This document shows, piece by piece, positions 1 to 8,575 of a stretch of 26,995 nt of DNA. Origin of the DNA: Leptolyngbyaceae cyanobacterium. Lineage in GTDB: Bacteria > Cyanobacteriota > Cyanobacteriia > Phormidesmidales > Phormidesmidaceae. The translations under genes were made by a program, and so were the position numbers. The notes beneath the pieces are model-generated. The model saw nothing but the letters and a program-made list of their open reading frames with translations. It was not told where the DNA came from and did no database searches. The stretch covers positions 1-26,995 of the forward strand of contig CBDHHL010000019.1 of assembly GCA_965263355.1 (NCBI GenBank). Direction: 5' to 3'. Position 1 is the first letter of the stretch. Each line of letters opens with the position of its first letter.

Positions 1-62
1 ATGCGATCGAGCTGTCTCCATTGCTCAATAGATAAATGAATCTGAATAGGACATGCCTGCAT
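1..62 (-). CDS. 5' part of an RHH-like small protein, cut by the window edge (full copy at 15468..15665)
   Basis: ATG at 62 (minus strand), MQACPIQIHLSIEQWRQLDR..., identical to the second copy. Confidence 0.55.
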   Translation of the reverse strand, partial: MQACPIQIHLSIEQWRQLDR

Positions 63-66
63 CGTT

Positions 67-936
67 TTAATCAGGAAGTGCTGAGCAAGTATTTCCGTTG
101 TATGCCTGGTCATGGCCACAGTTCGTATTTGAGAACGTGTCAGGACAGTTCGGGCAGCAAGAAACCAGAATCCAGTCTGACAAATCCTCTGACCAAATAT
201 AATCGCAAGGGCTAAGAGTGCTGCCTGATGAGATTAAGATCGTAACCCTATCGCCTGTAACATACGATCTCGGATTAATGCTTGGAACCCCCTGGAAAAA
301 ATTCTTGCTTCCAGCGGCCCGCCAGATATTGTCTCTTAGGTCGTAATGCCAGAGTCTATCTGTCAGACGGTCGTGATATGGCTGCCCGTCGGCTGGAGTC
401 ACAAAATCTGGGTCGTCTGGATTTGGTGGAGCCCCCGTGCCATAGATGACGGTCAAACCATCGCCTGAAACTTTGGCGTAGCCATCAAGAGCGCCTGACC
501 AGATGTACAAATCAGACTGGAATAGCCCGCCAGCAGGATCTTTCGTACCAATGTCAACCCAAAACGGCGTGTCAGTCGTGCCCTTGTCGTCAATGGTTGG
601 TGGGCCAGCAGCCACAATAAATTGTTTGGCGGCCCGCCGCTGGGGATCGGCTGCTTTGCTTCGGCTGCTGGCCTGTATACGAGCAATTCCAGCGCTAATT
701 GAAGCTTGATAAACAGCCCCTTTAGTTGGGCTGAAATTTTGTGGGTCTGTCGTTCGTCGAGGGATCGTAATTGTCCCCCCACTTTGGGTCTGCAAAGTAT
801 ATCCGTCTCGGCTAGAACTAATCAGCTTGCCACGAATGACAGATGCTTGAGGCGAATCTGCAGCAATATCTTCCCGTTCAGCTCGTTGCTCAGAACGGAT
901 GCGGTTTGCAATAGCGAGTCGAGAGGATACGTTCAT
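67..936 (-). CDS. Hypothetical 289-aa protein with phage tail-fibre-like repeats and a Cys-rich C-terminus
   Basis: Likely start is MNVSSRLAIANR (ATG at 936), because the upstream extension differs between copies. It has three units of the form G.PP...(W/Y).D...LY.W and six Cys in the last ~46 aa. The function is inference. Confidence 0.6.
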   Translation of the reverse strand: MNVSSRLAIANRIRSEQRAEREDIAADSPQASVIRGKLISSSRDGYTLQTQSGGTITIPRRTTDPQNFSPTKGAVYQASISAGIARIQASSRSKAADPQRRAAKQFIVAAGPPTIDDKGTTDTPFWVDIGTKDPAGGLFQSDLYIWSGALDGYAKVSGDGLTVIYGTGAPPNPDDPDFVTPADGQPYHDRLTDRLWHYDLRDNIWRAAGSKNFFQGVPSINPRSYVTGDRVTILISSGSTLSPCDYIWSEDLSDWILVSCCPNCPDTFSNTNCGHDQAYNGNTCSALPD

Positions 937-1239
937 ATTACGTGTGAAATGCAGTAGAGAAAGATTGCGCTCACTAGTTCGGTACAATCGAACTAGTTCA
1001 GTAATGGATGTGTGCCAGTCCAAAGCGTGCGCTCCAATGATCGGAGTAGACAGCAGTAGGCCAGCAGTTTTGCGGGAAACGCCTGAAAACCTGAAAACTC
1101 GTTGAGTAGTTGCCTTATACAGCAACTATGCAGGACTAAATCAAAACTGAATGCCTTACTGCAAATGGGTTTCAAGCTTTGTGAAGCTGACTCGTCAAAA
1201 AATGGACTGGACTAGGACTAATTTTGCTGATTGGCACAC

Positions 1240-1294
1240 TGTGACAATCTGGTGGACGGATTATGAAGTTGGTTGATTTTGAGTGTGACAATCT
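1240..1294. repeat. Direct repeat TGTGACAATCT x2, candidate operator
   Basis: Copies at 1240-1250 and 1284-1294 in an intergenic region. A reverse-complement copy lies at 8455-8465. Confidence 0.55.
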
Positions 1295-1324
1295 CAACCC
1301 AATACAACCAACCTCAAAATGAGA

Positions 1325-1753
1325 CTACTTAATCCGAGCTGCTATCAACGCAAAAGGATCTTTTGAGTTTCGTAGTTGTCGTTGCCACTGAGAGTCAACT
1401 TCTGGATCAATTTTTGGCGCTGTCTCAGTGTGCTGGGCATGCCCCTGTCTCATATAAATTTCCAAGATTTTGCTAATGGGGTCTTTAGCATTCTTGATTG
1501 CATTAAATCTCTCACTAGGGGATAACTCAGGCTCGACTTCTGGCTGGGTTTCAATGGTTGTCGTTGGCGTTGGCCGTTCTCCCGCTGGATAGTTGTCTAT
1601 CGAGGGCAAGCCGCCGCCACCACTTAAGGTCTGAGTCGCAATTTGCAAAGCCCTGTTTCTTATCTCATCAGTAGCCAGTGACGGTAGTTCGCTGTTGTTT
1701 AACAGTGCTAGTGCGCCTTGGCGGGCCAATGTTTCGTCTTCTCTGCTAAGCAT
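1325..1753 (-). CDS. Hypothetical 142-aa protein with two K-D-P helical repeats
   Basis: ATG overlaps the upstream gene end (8-nt overlap) with GGAG upstream. Repeats are KNAKDPISKI and RNSKDPFALI. Confidence 0.75.
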   Translation of the reverse strand: MLSREDETLARQGALALLNNSELPSLATDEIRNRALQIATQTLSGGGGLPSIDNYPAGERPTPTTTIETQPEVEPELSPSERFNAIKNAKDPISKILEIYMRQGHAQHTETAPKIDPEVDSQWQRQLRNSKDPFALIAARIK

Positions 1754-2234
1754 TGTTTAGCTCCCTATATAGATCAGTATTTGCTCGAATCCAGGCTCCA
1801 TCTTCAAGCAGACTTTGAAGCGGTCGGACAACCACTTGGCCGCCGCCGTCAATCTTGTTCTGGATATAAGGCAAATCGTTTGGGCTGTAGTTGCTGTTAA
1901 ATCGGTTCAAAAAAACTGTGGTGCCATGGGCGGCACGGATTGCGGTTGAGTTCTCGCTAAGGCGCTTGCCTAAGCGCTCTAATTTGATAAGCTTGCTCCG
2001 AAATTCAAGGCTAAGAGCGTTGATTTCATCGACTAATGCAGCAATAGACTCAACGCAATCAGTCTCTTCTCGTCGCAGTCCCGAAATCCGTTCCTCAATT
2101 CGCGATCTCTTTAGCTCTTGATTAGCCTCTTCTAATTCAGCAGTTAGCCGCTGGGCTTCGTTTGCTGCATCCTGAGCAGACTTAAGAGCCGCTTCTTTTT
2201 CGGCAACTTTCTGTTCTAGTGTTTGTGTATTCAT
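1746..2234 (-). CDS. Coiled-coil hypothetical protein (162 aa)
   Basis: E/K/A/L-rich heptad pattern over the N-terminal ~100 aa, in an operon-like position. Confidence 0.8.
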   Translation of the reverse strand: MNTQTLEQKVAEKEAALKSAQDAANEAQRLTAELEEANQELKRSRIEERISGLRREETDCVESIAALVDEINALSLEFRSKLIKLERLGKRLSENSTAIRAAHGTTVFLNRFNSNYSPNDLPYIQNKIDGGGQVVVRPLQSLLEDGAWIRANTDLYRELNNA

Positions 2235-2284
2235 GGCTTAAAAGGTAACCCTCATAGTTGGTCCTGAGTCAGTAAAGTGTTCAA

Positions 2285-2527
2285 TCAAAACGCCTGTTCT
2301 CCCATTAGCTCAACCAAAAAATCCGTTAATCGAATCACGTCTTCTATAGACTGGCAGCTAATACTCCTCATTTCCTCGCTATATGCGCCGTGCTTCATTG
2401 AATTCTGGCTCGCTTTCCTCTTGCCTTCCCCCGTCCTCGGCCCAGTGCTCGACTGCCACGGCTTCCATTGTCGGATTTTCTCCGCTTGCAATCGCCGCTG
2501 CTCCGTTGTCCATTTTCTCGCCGCCAT
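2285..2527 (-). CDS. Small basic protein with WKPW..STGPRT.EGK...SQN..KHG motif (related to HGGxSTG-type phage/MGE proteins)
   Basis: MAARKWTTEQRRLQAEKIRQWKPWQSSTGPRTGEGKRKASQNSMKHGAYS is a motif I recognise from mobile-element hypothetical proteins. An alternative start lies at 2539. Confidence 0.75.
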   Translation of the reverse strand: MAARKWTTEQRRLQAEKIRQWKPWQSSTGPRTGEGKRKASQNSMKHGAYSEEMRSISCQSIEDVIRLTDFLVELMGEQAF

Positions 2528-3029
2528 TTGCCTGAGCATCCTGTATAAGCTGATTAAGCTGCTGTTTGATGAACGTCACCCTCTTCGGATTTTTCAGCTC
2601 TCCAAGGGTATGAACTGTTTTTCTGCAAGCTTCCTGACAACGTAGGGAAACACCCATCAGTCGAGCCTGAGCCTCTGATTTGGTAGTTCTTCCGGCCATA
2701 AGAAGGAAGCTGCCGAAGCGATCGTTCATCATGAGCGCTTGTTCAACAAGCATGGCCTCTAAGTCGCTTAAGTCTCCAGCATGAACCTTGCAGGCCATCT
2801 CAGACATAGTCCCCTCAATGTCTGAGGCATTGCGATAAGTCATCATGCTCATTGAAAAAGCATTGGGAAACTGTGTCGGTGAAGACTCAGCCGGGTTGGT
2901 GGGACTAGCCTGCAATGCTTTTTCTCGCTCTCGACGATCCTTTTCTGCCTGGGCCGCTTTCTGTAGCTTGGCTTGACCTAGTTCTTTTTCCTTTCTGACG
3001 CTTTCTATCAGGTCATCGAATTGGCTCAT
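2379..3029 (-). CDS. Conserved hypothetical MGE protein (216 aa), partner of the STGPRT protein
   Basis: Core GDLSDLEAMLVEQA...LRCQEACRKTVHTLGELKNPKRVTFIKQ. Its 3' end overlaps the next gene in another frame. Confidence 0.8.
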   Translation of the reverse strand: MSQFDDLIESVRKEKELGQAKLQKAAQAEKDRREREKALQASPTNPAESSPTQFPNAFSMSMMTYRNASDIEGTMSEMACKVHAGDLSDLEAMLVEQALMMNDRFGSFLLMAGRTTKSEAQARLMGVSLRCQEACRKTVHTLGELKNPKRVTFIKQQLNQLIQDAQANGGEKMDNGAAAIASGENPTMEAVAVEHWAEDGGRQEESEPEFNEARRI

Positions 3030-3131
3030 GGCTAATAGTTCGTTTCCACCAGGTGCAACAAAAAAAAAAGTTTTGAAATTTTCTCTAGTTTAATTTAATT
3101 CTTCCTATGGCGGCGCTGAAGACTTGGGATT

Positions 3132-4544
3132 TCAAGCCGTGGCCGCCGGGGGCTTCATCGCTTCCTGGTACCGGTACCAAGCCCAACCTCTCTTGTAGCC
3201 AAGATATTCAGCGCATTTTTGCCAGATCTCCAGTGGAGGCTTACCCCGTTTTTCCAGGGCAAATCTAAGCCAGCTTGGCTTGTATCCGTTTGCTGATTGT
3301 TGTCGCTTCAGCTCATTCCATAGCGTTTTCCAGGCTTCAAGATTCTCATCGGTGGGTCTGATGACTTCCACCAGTTCGATCTCAGTCTCGACAATGGCTG
3401 GCGGCTCATGGGCTTCTTTCACTTCTCCCGTTTCAGTGCGTTTCAACTGTCGGGAAGGCTTAGCCGGTGGAGCTGCCAAAGACCAGTCTCGATCCTCATC
3501 AGGCAGGCCATGATTCCACCAGTTGCCGGTGTGGTCGATGATGGTAGCGTGAGGCTTGCCATCAGCTGGTCGTAGGGCACGGCCCAACATTTGCAGGTGA
3601 AGGGCAAGGCTCTGGGTAGGCCTAGCGATTTGCACCGCTTCAATGCTGGGTAAGTCAAACCCCTCACCGAACAGACCAACATTACTAAGTACCTGAATAT
3701 CACCAGCTCTAAAAGCATCCAGGGTGTTGGTGCGCTCTGTGTCTGAGCTGCTCCCGTCGAGGTGTGCCGCTGGGATGCCCTCAAACTGGTAACGCTGGAC
3801 AATAGCCTTAGAATGCTCAACATTGAGGGCAAAGACGATGTTTTTCTTCCCATCGGCATATTGTCGGTAAGACTGCACCAGATTTCCTGATAGCTCAATT
3901 GCATCATTAGCCCTGGCTAGATCAGATACTGAATAATCACCGCCCTGTTTTCCAACGCCCTTGGTAGTCATCGGATTGGCATCAGCAAACAGCCTGTAGT
4001 TGCACAGATGCCCAGCTGCCATGAGCTGTTTTACCGATGGACCACAAACAAGGTTGTTAAACAAGTGTTCAAATCCCTTCCCGTCCGTTCTCACTGGTGT
4101 TGCAGTGAGACCCAGAACAAAAGCCTTTGGAAATGCTTCAAGAATCTTGAGGTATGTCTGAGCCGTACTGTGGTGCGCCTCATCGACAACGATCAGGTCA
4201 ATCCGTGGGAGTTTGTCCAGGCGGTTAATCACGGATTGAACGCTGGCCACCTGGATAGGGGCTGAATAATCGGGCTCAATGCCTGCCTTGACCATCCCCA
4301 ATGGTTGGCCAGTCATTAGGGCGAGCTTTCCAGCTGCCTGGTCGAGTAACTCTCGTCGATGAGCAAGGACCAGCACTTTAGCTCTCTTCTTGACGAACTC
4401 AGCGATGACGTAGCTAAAGCAAATGGTTTTGCCGCCACCGGTGGGTAACTGGGCCATGATTCGCCGGTCAGTGGGCAGTGCTGCGAATATGCGAGAGCAG
4501 AGCGATTGTTGATAATCGCGTAGTTTGATCTTCATTTTTGCCAC
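3132..4544 (-). CDS. SF2 DEAH-box helicase (RadD/YejH- and phage-helicase-like)
   Basis: Q motif LRDYQ, Walker A LPTGGGKT, DEAHH, motif III LTATP, motif V EGFDLP and motif VI QMLGRALR. The C-terminus carries GYKPSW and GYKRGWAW. Start is GTG at 4544 or a nearby ATG. Confidence 0.95.
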   Translation of the reverse strand: MAKMKIKLRDYQQSLCSRIFAALPTDRRIMAQLPTGGGKTICFSYVIAEFVKKRAKVLVLAHRRELLDQAAGKLALMTGQPLGMVKAGIEPDYSAPIQVASVQSVINRLDKLPRIDLIVVDEAHHSTAQTYLKILEAFPKAFVLGLTATPVRTDGKGFEHLFNNLVCGPSVKQLMAAGHLCNYRLFADANPMTTKGVGKQGGDYSVSDLARANDAIELSGNLVQSYRQYADGKKNIVFALNVEHSKAIVQRYQFEGIPAAHLDGSSSDTERTNTLDAFRAGDIQVLSNVGLFGEGFDLPSIEAVQIARPTQSLALHLQMLGRALRPADGKPHATIIDHTGNWWNHGLPDEDRDWSLAAPPAKPSRQLKRTETGEVKEAHEPPAIVETEIELVEVIRPTDENLEAWKTLWNELKRQQSANGYKPSWLRFALEKRGKPPLEIWQKCAEYLGYKRGWAWYRYQEAMKPPAATA

Positions 4545-4547
4545 CCC

Positions 4548-7500
4548 CTAAGCCGCTGTTTGGACAACGAATCTCAAAAGCGTGGGGATCAGCTCTGGTT
4601 TTCTCAGACTGATCTGTTCCCAGGCCGCCAACCGCTGTTCTGGTTTGGTTAGCTCTAGCAACTTGGCGTATTCTTCCGGGCTGCTAACCGTCTCGAATGC
4701 TTTGTTTATCTGTTTGTTTAGTAGGGTGTCCAGAACTTCAGTAGATAGATTTCTAAGTAACTGAAGTTCTGGACAACCTTGGTTCGTAAGGTTTTGTGCA
4801 AATACTTGCCAGGGCTTCAGAAATGACTCATAGCCGCGTTTGATGTGATCGGATATCTGCTCAATGAGTTCATCCCGAGTGTTGACTCGTAGCTGTTCTC
4901 GATAGTCGCTAGGGCTTGGTGGTTCGCTTTTTTCTGACTCCAGCATTTTCTGAATACGCTGGTTGATGTCTTCAGTAGTCTGCAAGCGATATTGCCAGTA
5001 GCGGTATTGCCCAGGCGTCCGTCCTGCAGTAATAGCTTCTAAGCCGATTAGTGACAGGGCTTTATGTAGGCACTTGATAGCTGGGGTATTTGCCGTGAAC
5101 TTCAGTCCATAGATTCGCTGGCTGTGCTTGCTAAGTTGTGATAACTCCATCGCCTTGGCCCGAAAATAGCCAGCAGCCTCACTAATCCCAGGGGTGGCCT
5201 TAGTCCATTGGGCAATTTTCCCTCTAAGGATGTCGGTTATGGCGCGACATTTACTTAATATCTGCGCTAAGGCAATTTCCTTAGATGTTGCTGGCGTCTT
5301 TGGTAGGTTTTTTGCCTCAGTCGAGATCGCAACCGTTTTTAGAGCATCCATGTACTGAATGTTCTTCCACAGCTCAGGCTGTTCGTAAGACATTTGGACT
5401 AGCGCTCGAATACGCACAGCATTAATGCCGCCACTGGTACCGGGTGCTATCTCCCAGGCCGCCAACCATTCTGCATCATTCAGCTGTGGGAAGCTTTCGC
5501 CAACTTTCTCGCATAGGCGATACTTTCGATCCTTGACAGCTGCTATAGGACCGTCGTCGCCGTTGCCCTTGAGTGGTTTGGCCTTGGCCAGTGCCCTCGC
5601 CTGTGTGCCGATGATGCCTTCTCTAATCTCAGCAAACCACCCGCGATATTCTTTGATATCGTCAGCTTCACAGTCGTAACCTTCCCCAACAGTCCAGCCG
5701 TTGCCGGTCCATTCTGCCTCTAAGGTTTCTCGCTTGAAATAGAGTTCCCTGGCCTGGATTGCCCAATATTCAGGCAGCTCTCTAAGCTGGTCTAACTCTG
5801 CAAGTGTGGCGGTTTCAAACCGCTGAATCGCATCAGCAACACCAAGAGCTTTACCTACGGTCTTTGCCCCCCCAGACAGCTTAGTTTCACCCGTTAGGAT
5901 GGAACGCCAGAACTCAGGAAAGAACAAGTCAACATCAGGTTCCGCTGGCAGACCTCGATTAGATATGTACACATGGCGCTCGGTGATAGTACTATCTAGC
6001 AGCGTCCGTAGTCGTTCCCCACGCTGGCTAGCGGCTGTCGCCGTTTCAAACGCGCTGATGTACTCAAACTGACAATCCCAGTAGTCAGACTCGATTGAAA
6101 CCCCCGAATTGAAAACGGGTGTGTAAATTAGCCAGCTTAAGCCCTGCTGCTGTGGCCATCCGTTTGGATTTTCTGCAAACGCTTTTTTGATTTTGCCAGG
6201 TGTGTATTGACCGTCTAAGCATTGGCCCGTATGGCTGCCAGCAAACATCGCACGCAACACCCGGTCAATCATGCGGGCTTTCTTCTGGCTGCCACATGGG
6301 ATGAGTACTTTCTTCCCGGCTTTAATCTTTTCCACAATTCCCGCAAACCAGCTGTAAAACGCATCATTTGCCTGTGGCCTGTCGTCTTTGGTGCCATCCC
6401 ATCGGGTACCGTCTGAGTCTTCATCATGCCAGTCTAGGGACAGTCGTATTGCCATTTCAGACGCTAGCCGCTTGCGTTGGATCGTCACCACCTCATCAGG
6501 GCTAAACCCACCCAGCCGTTGAACCGCTGCGATTGTTGCCCGATAGGTGGCATCGGTGGCCACCACTACATGCTTAGCCGCTGGCAATAGTTGTTCTAAA
6601 GCCGCCCTACATCCTTTAGGATTAGTGCCCAAGCTACCGTCCTGGGTGCGTTGGATATCTTCGTTAGCTTCATCAAAGACGATGCACTCAAAATCTTTAT
6701 GAGCAACCTTGTGCAAAGACTCAGGGCAAATAGTGAGCCATTGGCTGTCAATACCATCCAAATAGCACCCGATGTTTAGCACCTTTGAAGCAGCTCTAGC
6801 CAGCACCCTGGTAGGGCAAACCACCAAGCCGGTCTGGTGGGCCTTGGTTAATTTAGATATAGCACCAGATGTTTTGCCGGTTCGCTTCTGACCATCTAAG
6901 ACCGTCAGTTGTCGGGCATTGGCGATCTTGATTTCGGAGAACCAGCCGGTCTGGTGGTTGTTGCTCAGTAGCTGACGCTTAGTGAGAGAATTATTAATCG
7001 CTACCCTGGCAGCTTCGATAGTCTCAGCTGGCTTGATGCCTAGCCGCTTGCAAAACTTAGCGAAGTATTCAAGCCGCTTTTGTCGCTTGGCTTCCTTTAT
7101 CCCGGCTACTTTGGCTTCCTTGTCATCAAGATCTTTCACCAGTTTCAGGACACCGGCGAAAGCACCCCAGCCAGGCCGGTATTTGCATCCACCATGAGCA
7201 AAGCTGTTAATGGTCCAGCTACCGGGCTCAGTACAGAAAATTTTCGCTACATCCCCACGGCCACCGCGATATGTGGGCTCTTGTGGGTCACATAGCGTCA
7301 CCCCGTGATGCTCAGGACCAATATCGCCAGCTGTGATGCTCTGGCCATTGCTTAGATAGAGTACATGACCTTTATCGAGCGTGCCCCTATCCGCTGCTGT
7401 GATGAGCTTAGCCGCTTTCTTCTTAGCCTGTGCTGGCTTAATACCAGGGGTCTCTTTTTGGATGTGCTCAGCTAATCGGGATTTGCGATCGCAATCCAAT

Positions 7501-8567
7501 TTATCCCAGCTTCCCTTCACCAGGGTTTCAAATCGGGATTGTTCCTCTGGTGTCACCTCAGGTAGGGAACCAATATCCAGAATCGCCCCATCATGTACCA
7601 CGGGGGCCGGTCGTCTTTGCTCCCATTCATCGGGCAAGATAGCACCGGCTTCATAGACCAAACGCTCAGGGGAAAAGACTGTGAGGTCTAGCAGCGTGCG
7701 CTTCAATATCGACTGCACACCGGTCTGAGCGTTTGGTGTTGCTAATTTATGGAATCCCTTACCATTCAGCCATGTACGCACCTCCAATAGGTGCTTAAGC
7801 TTCTCAATATCACCACGGACAACTAAATATGTATGGTGACCACTGGCCCCTTTTAAGCAGTTGTCAGTGGCCTTATCGTAAATGCTGCTACTGGTGGAGT
7901 CAGTCACCAATCGGCCAATGCTGGCCAGCTCTGGCACACAATCAACCAATGCTGCCCAAAACTCATCAGCATTTAGTTCTGGTTGCCCTGGCTCCGGGTC
8001 GTGATCGAGTAATGCAGCGTGGGTATCTGGCCAGCTGTAATGGTCAAGGGTACGGCTGATGGTAGTTAGTCCAGCCTTATTTAATTTCTCGCTACGGTCG
8101 CGAGTGAGTACGGTCACCGGTAGCTCACGGCCATGGGTGCCTAATGTGATGGCCTCATTACTTTGGAGCCCTTTTAACAGCTCAGCCAAACCGTAAAGAC
8201 CATTTACAGTTTCTTTCCTCGCACGGCCCTGGGTAATGCCTAAATCGTGGCTCTGGTCCTTTACTGGCTTGCCATCTACGTTAAGAATCCGCTTCTGAAC
8301 GCTGCCCTTGATGGCACGGATTACGCCGATCTCTAACTCAGAGTGATTCTGAGTTACGTCATCCGATACACAATTTGTTTGGTATGATGGGGCTAAGTTC
8401 GAATTATTCGAACTAAACTCCTGAAAGCCTTGTCCATCAACTATTGGTGCTTGGAGATTGTCACAGTTTTTTGATGAAGATCGGTTTACAGTCTGTGCAA
8501 GTCTCTGAGAATTCTGTACATTACGAAACATAGGTCTACCACGATCTATTCCCGCCCGTCGCATCAC
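4548..8567 (-). CDS. Plasmid replication initiator: AEP-primase-like N-terminus plus CyRepA-like SF2 helicase C-terminus
   Basis: AEP-like motifs ALLDHD (~7998-8015), SGHHTY (~7827-7844) and LLDLTVFSPERL. Helicase motifs GQKRTGKTS (6867-6893), IVFDEANE, IYTPVFNSGVSIE and SQRGERLR. The exact start is uncertain (ATG at 8531 is an alternative). Confidence 0.8.
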   Translation of the reverse strand: MMRRAGIDRGRPMFRNVQNSQRLAQTVNRSSSKNCDNLQAPIVDGQGFQEFSSNNSNLAPSYQTNCVSDDVTQNHSELEIGVIRAIKGSVQKRILNVDGKPVKDQSHDLGITQGRARKETVNGLYGLAELLKGLQSNEAITLGTHGRELPVTVLTRDRSEKLNKAGLTTISRTLDHYSWPDTHAALLDHDPEPGQPELNADEFWAALVDCVPELASIGRLVTDSTSSSIYDKATDNCLKGASGHHTYLVVRGDIEKLKHLLEVRTWLNGKGFHKLATPNAQTGVQSILKRTLLDLTVFSPERLVYEAGAILPDEWEQRRPAPVVHDGAILDIGSLPEVTPEEQSRFETLVKGSWDKLDCDRKSRLAEHIQKETPGIKPAQAKKKAAKLITAADRGTLDKGHVLYLSNGQSITAGDIGPEHHGVTLCDPQEPTYRGGRGDVAKIFCTEPGSWTINSFAHGGCKYRPGWGAFAGVLKLVKDLDDKEAKVAGIKEAKRQKRLEYFAKFCKRLGIKPAETIEAARVAINNSLTKRQLLSNNHQTGWFSEIKIANARQLTVLDGQKRTGKTSGAISKLTKAHQTGLVVCPTRVLARAASKVLNIGCYLDGIDSQWLTICPESLHKVAHKDFECIVFDEANEDIQRTQDGSLGTNPKGCRAALEQLLPAAKHVVVATDATYRATIAAVQRLGGFSPDEVVTIQRKRLASEMAIRLSLDWHDEDSDGTRWDGTKDDRPQANDAFYSWFAGIVEKIKAGKKVLIPCGSQKKARMIDRVLRAMFAGSHTGQCLDGQYTPGKIKKAFAENPNGWPQQQGLSWLIYTPVFNSGVSIESDYWDCQFEYISAFETATAASQRGERLRTLLDSTITERHVYISNRGLPAEPDVDLFFPEFWRSILTGETKLSGGAKTVGKALGVADAIQRFETATLAELDQLRELPEYWAIQARELYFKRETLEAEWTGNGWTVGEGYDCEADDIKEYRGWFAEIREGIIGTQARALAKAKPLKGNGDDGPIAAVKDRKYRLCEKVGESFPQLNDAEWLAAWEIAPGTSGGINAVRIRALVQMSYEQPELWKNIQYMDALKTVAISTEAKNLPKTPATSKEIALAQILSKCRAITDILRGKIAQWTKATPGISEAAGYFRAKAMELSQLSKHSQRIYGLKFTANTPAIKCLHKALSLIGLEAITAGRTPGQYRYWQYRLQTTEDINQRIQKMLESEKSEPPSPSDYREQLRVNTRDELIEQISDHIKRGYESFLKPWQVFAQNLTNQGCPELQLLRNLSTEVLDTLLNKQINKAFETVSSPEEYAKLLELTKPEQRLAAWEQISLRKPELIPTLLRFVVQTAA

Positions 8568-8575
8568 TCGGACTG

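Noticed and set aside
937..1175. N-terminal extensions of the tail-like ORF (starts at 1125 or 16779) and ORF 993..1175
   Set aside because: The extension changes with the indel between copies and reads as translated intergenic DNA. ATG at 936 is preferred.
3060..3069. A10 tract as a phase-variation switch
   Set aside because: It is intergenic and has the same length in both copies, so there is no evidence of variation.
453..8059. Numerous 60-154 aa ORFs antisense or out of frame within the long genes (e.g. 453..782, 2277..2645, 3443..3907, 7381..7656)
   Set aside because: They are shadow ORFs fully overlapping well-supported genes and have no recognisable motifs.
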